A stretch of 56,223 nt of DNA from an uncultured Clostridia bacterium (GTDB lineage: Bacteria; Bacillota; Clostridia; TANB77; CAG-508). Below, piece by piece: positions 23,319-33,481 of this stretch. The notes below the pieces were generated by a model that did no database searches, was not told the DNA's origin, and worked only from the letters and a program-made list of their open reading frames with translations. Both the position numbers and the translations under genes were made by a program. The stretch spans positions 1 through 56,223 of the forward strand of contig CANRAB010000001.1 of assembly GCA_947628475.1 (NCBI GenBank), given 5' to 3'. Within the stretch, counting starts at the first letter, position 1, and each line of letters opens with the position of its first letter.

Positions 23319-24872
23319 TTATCTTCCATTATCATATTGATTACTCTCTAACTTTTCCACCCTACCATTTGTAAGATCAAAAGCAGAATATATTGAATTA
23401 CCAGTATCTATATAAATCATTGGTTCATATTTTTTATCGTCTGAAAAATTCTTAACATTTACTCCCTCTGGTTGTCTAGTATGCCCCACTACCATTACAC
23501 TACCTCTTGGGAATTTAACTGGTGCATAATGTGTTCTATCATCTTCTTTTCTATACCACATTACTGTTTCAAATTTATTTAATAGTGTAGAATTATCATC
23601 TCTTATTTTCATATTCAAAGCTTTTTCTAAATTGAAATTTGGATCTTGATTATATAATTCATCATCAAAATATGCGTGTGCTAAAGCATACTGTGTTCCA
23701 TTAACAACACTTTTCTTTTGTATTGGCTGTTTTCCTAGCCACTCAATTAATTCTCGTTTACTAATCTTATTTTGTATACTTCCACTTTCTAACTCTCTAT
23801 TTACTACCTCATTAAAATTTTTTAACTGCTCCATAGTAACTTCTCCGCCGTTTCTCAATAAATTTCCTGTTGCTCTTCCTACTATACTTACTATATTTTG
23901 ATTTTTCATCTTTTCACTATCTGACATTCTTGATAAAATTTCATTGCCCTTTACATAATTATATGTAAAAATATCATGATTCCCTGGCAAATACTCTGCT
24001 TTTCCTATATCACACAACTCTTTTATTTGTAGCAATATTTCCAACCCACAATTGCCTCTATCCATTGCATCTCCTAGTATTAAAAGTTTCATATTAGGGT
24101 TTGTTTGCATATATTTTTTTACCGCTTCCCATTTCTCCATATTACCATGTAAATCACTTACAGCAATAACTTGTTCTGGATAATTTCTACTTTGCATTTC
24201 ATTATTATGATAGCTCTCATTACTGCTCAAATCTTCACAAAATTCTCTATGTCTATTATAATTGTTTTTTGTACCATTATTTACACTTGTATTATAATCA
24301 TATGATGTATTTTTTACAGTTCCATTTCCTAATATTTTCCTAAAAAAATCTCTTATAGGATGTTTCTTTTGAACTGTCAATGCTTTCTCCTGCACTGTTT
24401 CTCTTCTCTTATCTTGTTCAATAAACTCATCATACTCTCTCTGAATATTATCTATATTAGCAAGTAATTCTTCTTTATTTGGGAAATTATTTGGAAGAAC
24501 TTCTCTTAAATATTTTACCTGATAGTTAGATACATGACCTGTAGCTACCTCATAAAATAATTGTTTATATGATAATTGCTCTTGTCCCATATTCTTTAAC
24601 CAGTAGAAATAACTATTTCCCTGATTTAATCTTGTTCTATCAGTTGCATATAAAAGTGCATTCATTGTTTGCATATATCTATTTCTTATACTTGCCCCAA
24701 CATGTCTACCTTTTAATTCATCTCCTATCATATTCATACTTCTAATATAAATTCTCCCACCTATAGAATCGCTATTTCTAACTTTAAATTCTTCATTTAA
24801 GTTGTTCTTTAAATATTTATCTACTTCGTTTAAAATATTAATAATTTCAGTATTTTTCAAATTTATTACCAT
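23319..24872 (-). CDS. PPP-family metallophosphoesterase (Ser/Thr phosphatase-like) with about 235-aa uncharacterised N-terminal domain
   Basis: C-terminal half has VSDLHGN, LGDAMDRG, PGNHD and VGHT motifs. The N-terminal half has no motif I recognise. Confidence 0.65.
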   Translation of the reverse strand: MVINLKNTEIINILNEVDKYLKNNLNEEFKVRNSDSIGGRIYIRSMNMIGDELKGRHVGASIRNRYMQTMNALLYATDRTRLNQGNSYFYWLKNMGQEQLSYKQLFYEVATGHVSNYQVKYLREVLPNNFPNKEELLANIDNIQREYDEFIEQDKRRETVQEKALTVQKKHPIRDFFRKILGNGTVKNTSYDYNTSVNNGTKNNYNRHREFCEDLSSNESYHNNEMQSRNYPEQVIAVSDLHGNMEKWEAVKKYMQTNPNMKLLILGDAMDRGNCGLEILLQIKELCDIGKAEYLPGNHDIFTYNYVKGNEILSRMSDSEKMKNQNIVSIVGRATGNLLRNGGEVTMEQLKNFNEVVNRELESGSIQNKISKRELIEWLGKQPIQKKSVVNGTQYALAHAYFDDELYNQDPNFNLEKALNMKIRDDNSTLLNKFETVMWYRKEDDRTHYAPVKFPRGSVMVVGHTRQPEGVNVKNFSDDKKYEPMIYIDTGNSIYSAFDLTNGRVEKLESNQYDNGR

Positions 24873-25021
24873 CCTTCTCTTGTAAAATATATTTTTATTT
24901 TATCATATAATGTAACTATTTTGCAATATAAAACATATATTATTTTTACATAATATATTGAATTTTTTGAATTTACAGTATATAATCTATATGTCTATAA
25001 ATGAAAGGTTAGTGTGATTCA

Positions 25022-26407
25022 ATGGATTTAAGTAATATAGAAAATTTAAAACAATATAAACATATACATTTAATTGGCATCGGTGGAATAAGTATGAGTG
25101 GTATTGCAGAGGTTTTACATAATTGGGGGATTTTTGTTACAGGGTCAGATTGTACTAAAAGCAATATAACTGATAGATTGTCTTCACATGGAATCTTTGT
25201 TTCTATTGGTCATAATACAAATTTAGTAGAAAAAGCCGATTTTGTTATATATTCTGCTGCTATTAAACAAGATGATCCTGAACTTGTTTGTGCAAGAACT
25301 AATAATATTCCTATTGTAGAAAGAGCGGATTTTGTTGGTTTTCTTACAAGAATTTATGATAATACTATCTGTATATCTGGAACACATGGTAAAACAACCA
25401 CAACTTCTATGATTGCTTTATGCTTTTTAGAAGCTAATTTAGATCCTAGCATTCAAGTAGGAGCAATTCTTAAAGACATCGATGGAAATTATAAAGTTGG
25501 AAATAGCGACTTTTTCATACTAGAAGCTTGTGAATATGTAGAAAGTTTCTTGAAATTTAGTCCTCAGAGTGCTGTGGTAACTAATATTGATAATGATCAT
25601 TTAGATTATTTTAAAACTTTTGATAATATAAAAAATGCTTTTGCTAAATATGTTAATCTGCTTCCTAAAGATGGCATTTTAGTTACAAATGGAGATGATC
25701 CTGACTGTTTAGAGTTAAGGAAACATACCAATGCAAAAGTTATAACTTTTGGAATAAGAAATGATAAAGCAAATTTTGTTGGAAGAAATATAGTTTATGA
25801 TAAAAATGGTTTTCCAAAATTTGATGTTTATAAAAATAATTCATACTTTGGAGAATTCAAATTATCTATACCTGGACTTCATAATGTTTATAATGCTCTA
25901 GCTTGTATAGCAATGTGTACACATTACGGAATTGCTAAGCAATTACTAAAAACTGTTTTGGCAAAGTTTAATGGAGCTAGTCGCCGATTTGAATATACAG
26001 GTACTTATAGTGGTATAGACGTTTATGATGACTATGCTCACCACCCTAGTGAAATTTATGCAACTGCTAAAGCTATGAAAAATAAATCTTATCGTCAATC
26101 TTGGGTTGTATTTCAACCTCATACATATAGTAGAACAAAAGAGCTCTTAGTAGATTTTGCAGAAGCTTTATTAGAATTTGATAATATAATTATTACTGAT
26201 ATCTATGCTGCTCGTGAACAAAACACTTATGGAGTATCTTCTAAAGATTTAGTAAATAAAATTAATGAACTAGGTAAAAACGCTATCTACATATCAGACT
26301 TTGATGCGATTGCAAATTATATAAGAGGTCATGCGTGTCCTCATGACATTATATTAACCATTGGTGCTGGCACTGTATTTGAAGTTGGTAAAAAAATTTT
26401 AAACTAG
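25022..26407 (+). CDS. murC: UDP-N-acetylmuramate--L-alanine ligase
   Basis: HLIGIGGISMSGIA, GTHGKTTTTSM and DYAHHP motifs. Confidence 0.95.
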   Translation: MDLSNIENLKQYKHIHLIGIGGISMSGIAEVLHNWGIFVTGSDCTKSNITDRLSSHGIFVSIGHNTNLVEKADFVIYSAAIKQDDPELVCARTNNIPIVERADFVGFLTRIYDNTICISGTHGKTTTTSMIALCFLEANLDPSIQVGAILKDIDGNYKVGNSDFFILEACEYVESFLKFSPQSAVVTNIDNDHLDYFKTFDNIKNAFAKYVNLLPKDGILVTNGDDPDCLELRKHTNAKVITFGIRNDKANFVGRNIVYDKNGFPKFDVYKNNSYFGEFKLSIPGLHNVYNALACIAMCTHYGIAKQLLKTVLAKFNGASRRFEYTGTYSGIDVYDDYAHHPSEIYATAKAMKNKSYRQSWVVFQPHTYSRTKELLVDFAEALLEFDNIIITDIYAAREQNTYGVSSKDLVNKINELGKNAIYISDFDAIANYIRGHACPHDIILTIGAGTVFEVGKKILN

Positions 26408-26418
26408 GTTATAAAAAA

Positions 26419-26452
26419 ACAGTAATTAAAATAAATTACTGTTTTTTATTTT
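26419..26452. terminator. bidirectional rho-independent terminator (murC / histidine kinase)
   Basis: ACAGTAATT / AATTACTGT stem with an A-run upstream and TTTTTTATTTT downstream. Confidence 0.7.
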
Positions 26453-26520
26453 GCTACAATTTATAAAATATTTTAATTAAACTATGATCTTGTAACTTTA
26501 TTTCATTTTATAAGCCTAAG

Positions 26521-27744
26521 TTAAATCTTTACTACAAACCTTGTTCCCTTTGGCTCGTTATTATATACTTTTATTGTACCACCGTGCATTTTTACAATTG
26601 TTTGAGCTATTGATAATCCTAAACCTGTTCCTCCTGTTTCTCTTGTTCTTGCTTTATCTGCTCTATAAAATCTTTCAAATATATGTTTCTTTTGTTCATC
26701 ACTTATCCCTATCCCTTCATCTGCAACCTCTATTATACATTTTCCTTCTTTGCAATTTGTTTGTACCTTTATTTTTTCTCCCTCTTTGGTGTATTTTATT
26801 GCATTATCTAATAATATTACAATCAGCTGTGTAATTTTATTAACGTCTATGTTTAATTCCTTATTACAGTTTAATTCTATAGTTAAATCTTTGTTTTGCA
26901 TTTTTGCATATTCCATATACGGAGCAGATACTTCTTTTATTACTTCGTCTATATTTTTTGTTTCTTTTTTTATTTGTAATTGATTTGAATCTGCCATTGC
27001 TAGAAGCATTAATTCTTTTACAAGTTTTGTAAGTCTTCTTGTTTCATTTATTGTTAAACTTATATCTTCTGATTTGTCTATTATCTTACTTTCTGGTTCT
27101 TCTAGCAATAATTGTTGTTTTGCTTGAATTATTGTTAAAGGAGTTCTTAATTCATGTGCAGCATTTTGAACAAATTCAGTTTGTTTTTCCCACGCTTGAA
27201 ATATAGGTTTAAGTGTTCTTTTAGACAAAAGATAACTGGCAACTATTGACGTTACAATTATTATCGTACTCATACTTATTAACCTATTTTTTAAAATCAT
27301 TAAACTCTCAATCTCTCCATCAACATTTGCAAGAAGTTGAATATAACATAATTGATTTGAAATTGTATACGCTGGTACAGTTATACCTCTATAATTATAT
27401 TTTGAATTTACACTTATTGAATATATCTCATTTAATTTGCTACTATCAAATTCCACATTGTATATATAATCATCATATAGTCTTCCTATACTCTCTTCAT
27501 TTATTATTTCTCCCTCAGTATCTCTTATAATATAAATTATTCTTGGATTTAATAATATTATTCTATCATTCAATTCCTCTAAATTTGCAAAATGCTCTAA
27601 CTCTGTATCTATTTCTTTATACAATAATTGTTCTGCTCTATTGTATATTAGTAAATCAAAAATTAAAACTAATATAGTAAAAACTGTAAATGTGTATATC
27701 ATATTTTTTATTAACTGCTTTTTCACAAGTTTTTTTTCTTCCAT
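26521..27744 (-). CDS. sensor histidine kinase (HisKA + HATPase_c), no adjacent response regulator
   Basis: Two TM segments, H-box NAAHELRTPLT, N-box LLDNAIKYT and G-boxes DEGIGI / GGTGLGLSI. Confidence 0.88.
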   Translation of the reverse strand: MEEKKLVKKQLIKNMIYTFTVFTILVLIFDLLIYNRAEQLLYKEIDTELEHFANLEELNDRIILLNPRIIYIIRDTEGEIINEESIGRLYDDYIYNVEFDSSKLNEIYSISVNSKYNYRGITVPAYTISNQLCYIQLLANVDGEIESLMILKNRLISMSTIIIVTSIVASYLLSKRTLKPIFQAWEKQTEFVQNAAHELRTPLTIIQAKQQLLLEEPESKIIDKSEDISLTINETRRLTKLVKELMLLAMADSNQLQIKKETKNIDEVIKEVSAPYMEYAKMQNKDLTIELNCNKELNIDVNKITQLIVILLDNAIKYTKEGEKIKVQTNCKEGKCIIEVADEGIGISDEQKKHIFERFYRADKARTRETGGTGLGLSIAQTIVKMHGGTIKVYNNEPKGTRFVVKI

Positions 27745-27833
27745 GTTTCCTCCTGTTTATAAGAACCTTGTTGTTCTTCAATAGAAAATAATCCAGCCAC
27801 ATTATGTATATGTAGCTAGATTATTACATTTTA

Positions 27834-29438
27834 CTATAATTCTATTCTGTTAAATAATAATTCTAGTTCGTTTATCTTTATATCTCCTTTTAGAGTAATA
27901 GGTTCCCACTTAAATTCTGGCAAGTTTAACATCTTCTTTATTTTTAATGACGTTTTTGGCATAAATGGAGCTATTAAATTAGATATATTTGCAATTATAT
28001 ATGCACAAGTGTATGTTGTTTTATTAAATTCTTCTATATCTTCTTTACATTGCTTCCATGGTTCTTTTTCATCATAATACTTGTTTGCATATCCAATATA
28101 TTCAAATATTTCATCAATGGCTGACTTAAGTTCTGCCTGCTCAATTAATGCTCCCACTTTTCTAAAAAGTTCTTTTGTCATTTCTACTATCTTTTCATCA
28201 ATCTCTGCTTCTTTTATAATTCCATCAAATTTTTTATTTATAAATGAGAAATTCCTATTTACAAAATTTCCTAGCATTCCAACTAAAAATTTATTATGCG
28301 CTTGAGCAAAAAGTTCTTCTGTAAAGTTCATGTCTTTCTTTTCTGGTCCATTTGATATCATGAAATACCTTATGCTATCTGTATCATATTTTTCCACTAA
28401 TTCATCAACTGTTATTAAGTTTCCTTTACTTTTTGACATCTTAGTATCATTCATGTTTACATATCCACTTGAAACAATATATTTAGGTAGTTGGTACCCA
28501 TTTCCTATACCTAGTATAAGAGCTGGAAATATAATGGTATGAAATGGAATATTATCTTTTCCATGAACGTAATATGTTGATAAATTTGGATTATCTTTGC
28601 TCATAAATTTCTCAAAGTCTATTCCTCTTTGCTCCGCTACCCTTTTAGCAGTTGTTAAGTAACCTAAAACAGCCTCAAACCATACATATATTCTCTTATC
28701 TTCATAACCTTCTACTGGAATTTTTATTCCCCAGTCCAATTGTCTTGTTGCTGCTCTATCTATCAAACCATTATTTAAAAACTTCCTTGATTCTCCTACT
28801 GCTTGTTTTCTCCAAGTATTTTCGCTACTATTTATTAAATCTTCTATTTGTTTTTGAAATGCTGATAGTTTAAAGTATAAATGTTTATTATCTCTTAATA
28901 CTGTTTCTGAACCACATTCTTTACAATGTTTATCTTGAACTTCATCTGCATTTAAAGTTGTTAAACAACTATCACACTGTTCTCCTGTAGCTTCTCCTCC
29001 ACATTTTGGACATTTTCCTACAATCTCTCTATCTGATAAGAATTTGCCACATTTTTCGCAATAATCTTGCTGAATTGTTTTCTCATAAATATATCCATTT
29101 TTTATAAGTTTTAAAAAATATTCTTGTACTATTTTTTTATGTTCTTCTGTAAATGTTGCAGTATATAAATCATACTCAAAGTCCATTGCACCAAAGCTCT
29201 TTACAAATGCTTCATGATATCTTTTTGCTATTACTTCAGGACTTACATTTTCCTTCTTTGCCCTTCCTGTTATTGGTGTACCATGAGAATCTGTACCTGA
29301 TACATATATTACATTATCTCCATTTCCTCTATAATATCTTGCGATTACATCTCCTGGTAAAAGTGCTGCTAAATGTCCTATATGCATAAAATAGTTTGCG
29401 TATGGCCATGCCCCTCCTATAAGTATATCTCTATTCAT
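27834..29438 (-). CDS. metG: methionine--tRNA ligase
   Basis: PYANYFMHIGHL (HIGH), a Zn knuckle CEKCGK...CPKCG, and KMSKSKGN. Start probably at MNRDIL (29438). Confidence 0.93.
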   Translation of the reverse strand: MNRDILIGGAWPYANYFMHIGHLAALLPGDVIARYYRGNGDNVIYVSGTDSHGTPITGRAKKENVSPEVIAKRYHEAFVKSFGAMDFEYDLYTATFTEEHKKIVQEYFLKLIKNGYIYEKTIQQDYCEKCGKFLSDREIVGKCPKCGGEATGEQCDSCLTTLNADEVQDKHCKECGSETVLRDNKHLYFKLSAFQKQIEDLINSSENTWRKQAVGESRKFLNNGLIDRAATRQLDWGIKIPVEGYEDKRIYVWFEAVLGYLTTAKRVAEQRGIDFEKFMSKDNPNLSTYYVHGKDNIPFHTIIFPALILGIGNGYQLPKYIVSSGYVNMNDTKMSKSKGNLITVDELVEKYDTDSIRYFMISNGPEKKDMNFTEELFAQAHNKFLVGMLGNFVNRNFSFINKKFDGIIKEAEIDEKIVEMTKELFRKVGALIEQAELKSAIDEIFEYIGYANKYYDEKEPWKQCKEDIEEFNKTTYTCAYIIANISNLIAPFMPKTSLKIKKMLNLPEFKWEPITLKGDIKINELELLFNRIEL

Positions 29439-29512
29439 ACACAGCATTCTCCTCTCTATTGGAATTATTTTCTCTTATATTATAACCAATTTATGTCAAA
29501 AAATCAATACTT

Positions 29513-29704
29513 TTATCTTGTATAAGCTACTTTATCTGTTATATAACTATTATTTTCATTATTGTTTTCTTGCTCTATATTTCCAATCATTAATGTAAAT
29601 ATTGCTACTCCAAATATTAATACTATTAAAATTAAAGCTATTATTGATATTGGTTTTATTTTTGAACCATTCTTTACATTCTCTTCTTTCTTTTCTTTAC
29701 TCAT
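29513..29704 (-). CDS. small single-pass membrane protein, hypothetical
   Basis: 63 aa with one TM helix (ISIIALILIVLIFGVAIFTLMIG). Confidence 0.35.
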   Translation of the reverse strand: MSKEKKEENVKNGSKIKPISIIALILIVLIFGVAIFTLMIGNIEQENNNENNSYITDKVAYTR

Positions 29705-29948
29705 TATAAAATTCCCCCTTCTTTAGTAAATAGAAAAATATTTTTCTAAATTTCGTTTTGATAAATTTTATCATATAAAAAATAATTAATCAACATATTT
29801 TTATCTTTTTGTTAAATTTTGCTTTTCACTACCACTTATATTAAATTTCTATAAAACATTTGCTAATTTTATAATATAAATTCTTTATCACTTTTTGTAT
29901 ATTATTATCATATTATGTACTATACATTAAAAAAAGGAGGAATTATTA

Positions 29949-30299
29949 ATGTATAGAAGACAGTGTAAATGTAATTGCAATTATAATAACAACGATGTTG
30001 CTTCTGAATATGATAATTGTTTAGAAGACTCTTGCACAGATGTTGAAAATACTCTTGATGCTTACGATGATTGTAATTGTGGTTTTGATGAAAGCAGCCA
30101 GTTTCCAGAAAATCCTGTTCTAGCTCAAAGTTATGTTCCTATTCAAACTATGGATAGAACATTCATGCCTTGTGTTGGATTAAAAATGGGAACAATTTAT
30201 CCAGAGCTTGTAAGTCCTTATATGCCTGGTCAATCTATGGCTGAAATTGAATATTTAAAAGCTAGAAATACTATTGGGGAGGGATGTAATAAATGTTAG
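29949..30299 (+). CDS. cotJA: spore coat-associated protein CotJA
   Basis: AQSYVPIQTMDRTFMPCVGLKMGTIYPELVSPY is a typical CotJA core. AGGAGG RBS. Followed by cotJB and cotJC. Confidence 0.8.
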   Translation: MYRRQCKCNCNYNNNDVASEYDNCLEDSCTDVENTLDAYDDCNCGFDESSQFPENPVLAQSYVPIQTMDRTFMPCVGLKMGTIYPELVSPYMPGQSMAEIEYLKARNTIGEGCNKC

Positions 30300-30658
30300 A
30301 TTCTTGTAATGATAGAAATTGTAATTATAAATGCGATTGCAATAAAGATGAAATGCCTGAAGACACTCTACCTACCATGGAACTACCTGAGAGAAAAGAA
30401 TGTCCTAGAGATTGCAAACGTGAAGAAATGATTATGAAAATTAAGGAACTAAATTTCGGAGTTATAGAACTTGCTTTATATTTAGATACTCACCCAGATG
30501 ATAGAAAAGCTTTATGTTTGCATAATAACTATGCAAAACAATTAAAAGATTTAAAGGATAAATATCAAAAAGTTTATGGTCCTCTAACTATTAACTATCC
30601 TTGTAATAAGTGGAGATGGCTTGAAGAACCTTGGCCATGGGAAAGGGGGAATTATTAA
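30293..30658 (+). CDS. cotJB: spore coat protein CotJB
   Basis: ELNFGVIELALYLDTHPDDRKAL...YGPL motif. Overlaps cotJA by 7 nt, and the stop overlaps the cotJC ATG (TAATG). Confidence 0.85.
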   Translation: MLDSCNDRNCNYKCDCNKDEMPEDTLPTMELPERKECPRDCKREEMIMKIKELNFGVIELALYLDTHPDDRKALCLHNNYAKQLKDLKDKYQKVYGPLTINYPCNKWRWLEEPWPWERGNY

Positions 30659-30864
30659 TGTGGACTTATAATAAAACTTTAGAGTACCCAATAAATATAA
30701 AATGTACAAATCCAAAGCTTGCTAAATTCATTATCTCTCAATACGGTGGTCCTGATGGAGAACTTGCCGCTTCTCTTAGATATTTATCTCAAAGATTTGG
30801 TATGCCAGATCAAAAGTCAAAAGCGATTTTGAATGACATTGGTACTGAAGAATATGCACCCTAG
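30658..30864 (+). CDS. cotJC: cotJC 5' segment (Mn-catalase-family spore coat protein), interrupted after codon about 64
   Basis: MWTYNKTLEYPINIKCTNPKLAKFIISQYGGPDGELAASLRYLSQRFGMPDQKSKAILNDIGTEE, then unrelated YAP-stop. It matches the CotJC N-terminus up to DIGTEE; the expected continuation (L/F)AHLEM is found at 37489. Confidence 0.85.
   Translation: MWTYNKTLEYPINIKCTNPKLAKFIISQYGGPDGELAASLRYLSQRFGMPDQKSKAILNDIGTEEYAP
30841..30860. other. attL (deduced): GGTACTGAA-GA-ATATGCACC
   Basis: Point where cotJC homology stops. Central GA at 30850..30851. Confidence 0.55.
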
Positions 30865-30978
30865 GAGGTCGTTTGTTGATAAAATTAACAAACAATCTCC
30901 TAAAATGACCTCATTGGAAGCAACATGTCAAAAGTAATCGTTTAAAATGTATATCAAAAAATAATATAACAACGATTT

Positions 30979-33384
30979 TTAATCTCTAAATAGCTTGTGT
31001 ATTATATTTTCTTCATCACTTTTTTTATATAATAAATCAGCATCATAAATATACTTTTTATAGTATGTATAATCCTCTTCTGGTGTATTGTAAACATAAT
31101 TTATATATTCTAGCACAATTTTTTTTATTTCATTATTATCAAAACTCCATTCTCCTACTTCTGGATATTTCATTCTTTCATATAATTCATCTGGCAATTC
31201 ACAATATATTTTGTCTAACATATCTTGTATCCCTCTAGAAACTACTTCTATAAATTCTTTTTTTACCTCTTCAATTAAATCTGTCTTGAAGTCTTCTTCT
31301 GTACATTCATTCCACCTTTCATCATATTCATAATCACTTTTTAATTTTTCTATCTCACATGCTACTATATCTTCTAATCCATAATCTCCTGCAAGTTCAC
31401 TCATTAAATATGCATTTGGTTCTTTTTCAAATTCTTTTTGCAAATATTCTATTAAAATTTCTTCATTTTTCATTCTTCTATTTTGTTTATTTTCATAAAT
31501 GTATAATAAAAATTCTACTTGATTATCTAGGTTTTGTTTATTTAAAATTTTTGATAATGAATCTCCTTCAAAAAAAATCTTCAAAATTTGTTCTTCACTT
31601 AATTTTTCTGAATCCCATAATTTTCTTAAAATACTATATTGTCCAATATATTCATTTCCTATATCATATCCAGATGTCAATTTAAATACTGTACTAACTA
31701 CATCAATTTGATTTATTTTATCTGTCATATTATAAAATAAAATATGTGCTAAATAAAATTCAGAAATATCCCTATTGCTAATTGTATTTAAATTTAAAAA
31801 TTCATTTTTAGTAATCTTTTCTCTTGTGAATTTTTCATATATATCTTGTGAACCTGAAAATCTTTTTATTTGTTCAATAAATTTCGCTGAACTTAAAATT
31901 TTTCTCTTTTCTAATTCATTTTCTTTTAATTCTTCTCTTAAAAAGTCATTAACACTGGGGTTAATTGTCATTATTAATTTTTTATTGTCTTTAATAACTA
32001 TCTTTATAAAAGATTGATTTAATCTTTCCAAAATATTATCAAATAAAGAAAAGGATGTGTCTATTTTTTCTTGTTTCAATCTTTCAAAAAATGCTAACCT
32101 CAATTGTTCCTCTTCAACACTATAATCCGATAGTGAAAATAATGTTATTAAAAATAATCTATCTTCTATAGATATCTTGTTTTCATATTCATCTTTCCAA
32201 ACATATTTAGACTTTTTAAATGCAGCCTGAATACTTTTTGCATAATTTTCTGGCTTTATATTTATATAATTTTTCTTTTCTGTTATATAGTCAATTATTC
32301 TAAGATTATAACTATTATCTTCTATTATTTTCATATAATTTTGATTTTTCAAAATAGATTGTATATATTCTTGAGGCACTTTTTTTTGTGATAAATAATG
32401 TTTTAAAATTCTTGCCTTTTCTAATTTCGAAATATTTTCAATATTAATTACTTGTATTTTTATGTTCTTATTATCAATAATTTTTCCTAGTTCATATTGT
32501 CTTTCTTTAGCTTCTTGAAATACTGTTATTCTGGAGTTTAATATTAATAGTTTATTAGAATATCGTTTTATATATTTGATTAAATTTATAATATCATTCT
32601 CTCTTTGTTCTTGTAAATCTAAGTATCTTTGACCTAAACAATCATCTAAAAAAATTATTTCTTTTTTTCCTTTATCTAATGATAATGATTTTTTCAAATC
32701 TTCCAAATTATGACTATTACTATATCTTACTAAATAACCATTTTGTACATAATACAATAATAGCATTTTAGACAATGTAGTTTTTCCAATTCCTGGCATA
32801 CCTAATATTAATAATAGTCTTTCTTTTTCTAGTATATTCTGACAAATTGAATATAAATCTGTTTGTACAAATAAATCTACTTCCTCTTTAATATTATCAA
32901 ATAGTATTTCACAGTCTACAAACACATTTTTATTTGTTATACTTTCTAAAATATTAGTTGAACATAACCATAGTTTTATATGTTTTCTTACAATATCACT
33001 ATATTCCTCTTTATTTAATATTTCATTAATTTCATTAATTGTAAAAATATTTTCTTTTGTTTTTAAGTAGTTTTGCAAAATTTCATATATTTTTTGTATA
33101 TTTTGAGGCGACATTTCTCTTCCTATAAAAAGATAATATTGTTCAATTTTTTTATTTGTTATTTTATTTGCTTCTTTTTTTATTTTGCTGACTGTATCAT
33201 ATTGAGATGTATTTTTATAGAATTTTACTTGTCCTATGATATTTTCATTATCATTTGCTTGAATATCTACTCCTCCATCTGCTCCTCTTCCAAATACTCT
33301 AAATGTTTTTCCTAACTTTTTTTCTAATATTTCCTTACATAATTCTTCAAACTCTATTTCATCTATATTCATGAAATTAAACAT
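30979..33384 (-). CDS. Mrr-like restriction-endonuclease domain fused to P-loop STAND-type NTPase with long helical C-terminus (Avs-like defence candidate)
   Basis: N-terminus FEELCKEILEKKLGKTFRVFGRGADGGVDIQ...IIGQVKFY (D...QxK nuclease core), Walker A LILGMPGIGKTTLSKM, Walker B EIIFLDDCLGQ, then about 450 aa of helical repeats. Confidence 0.6.
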   Translation of the reverse strand: MFNFMNIDEIEFEELCKEILEKKLGKTFRVFGRGADGGVDIQANDNENIIGQVKFYKNTSQYDTVSKIKKEANKITNKKIEQYYLFIGREMSPQNIQKIYEILQNYLKTKENIFTINEINEILNKEEYSDIVRKHIKLWLCSTNILESITNKNVFVDCEILFDNIKEEVDLFVQTDLYSICQNILEKERLLLILGMPGIGKTTLSKMLLLYYVQNGYLVRYSNSHNLEDLKKSLSLDKGKKEIIFLDDCLGQRYLDLQEQRENDIINLIKYIKRYSNKLLILNSRITVFQEAKERQYELGKIIDNKNIKIQVINIENISKLEKARILKHYLSQKKVPQEYIQSILKNQNYMKIIEDNSYNLRIIDYITEKKNYINIKPENYAKSIQAAFKKSKYVWKDEYENKISIEDRLFLITLFSLSDYSVEEEQLRLAFFERLKQEKIDTSFSLFDNILERLNQSFIKIVIKDNKKLIMTINPSVNDFLREELKENELEKRKILSSAKFIEQIKRFSGSQDIYEKFTREKITKNEFLNLNTISNRDISEFYLAHILFYNMTDKINQIDVVSTVFKLTSGYDIGNEYIGQYSILRKLWDSEKLSEEQILKIFFEGDSLSKILNKQNLDNQVEFLLYIYENKQNRRMKNEEILIEYLQKEFEKEPNAYLMSELAGDYGLEDIVACEIEKLKSDYEYDERWNECTEEDFKTDLIEEVKKEFIEVVSRGIQDMLDKIYCELPDELYERMKYPEVGEWSFDNNEIKKIVLEYINYVYNTPEEDYTYYKKYIYDADLLYKKSDEENIIHKLFRD

Positions 33385-33481
33385 ATCTCTTTACCTCATT
33401 TTCTATTTTCATATAATTGCATGTGATATTATATCATAAACATTACTCCAATGTAAATGTTTTATCTTATACAACAAGCCA

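Noticed and set aside
26521-27744. Orphan histidine kinase as a notable finding
   Set aside because: Orphan kinases are common in Clostridia, including sporulation kinases. Nothing in the sequence singles this one out.
29448-29512. T-box leader upstream of metG
   Set aside because: Only about 65-75 nt separate metG from the upstream small ORF. That is too short for a T-box, and no specifier/T-box sequence is visible.
29880-29948. SigmaE-type promoter upstream of cotJA (ATACATT -10-like and GTATATT/CATATT -35-like boxes)
   Set aside because: The spacings (7 or 18 nt) do not fit the sigmaE consensus spacing that I remember, and the -10 would leave almost no leader. The call is not supportable by eye.
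30631-30657. Track start of cotJC at 30631 (MAMGKGELL...)
   Set aside because: The conserved CotJC N-terminus begins at MWTYNK (ATG 30658). It has a GGGGGA RBS and a TAATG overlap with the cotJB stop.
30862-30905. Imperfect inverted repeat just inside attL (AGGAGGTCGTTTGTTGA...TAACAAACAATCTCCT)
   Set aside because: It could be the terminator of the STAND gene or an accessory recombinase site. It has no U-tract and an interrupted stem, so it is too ambiguous to call.
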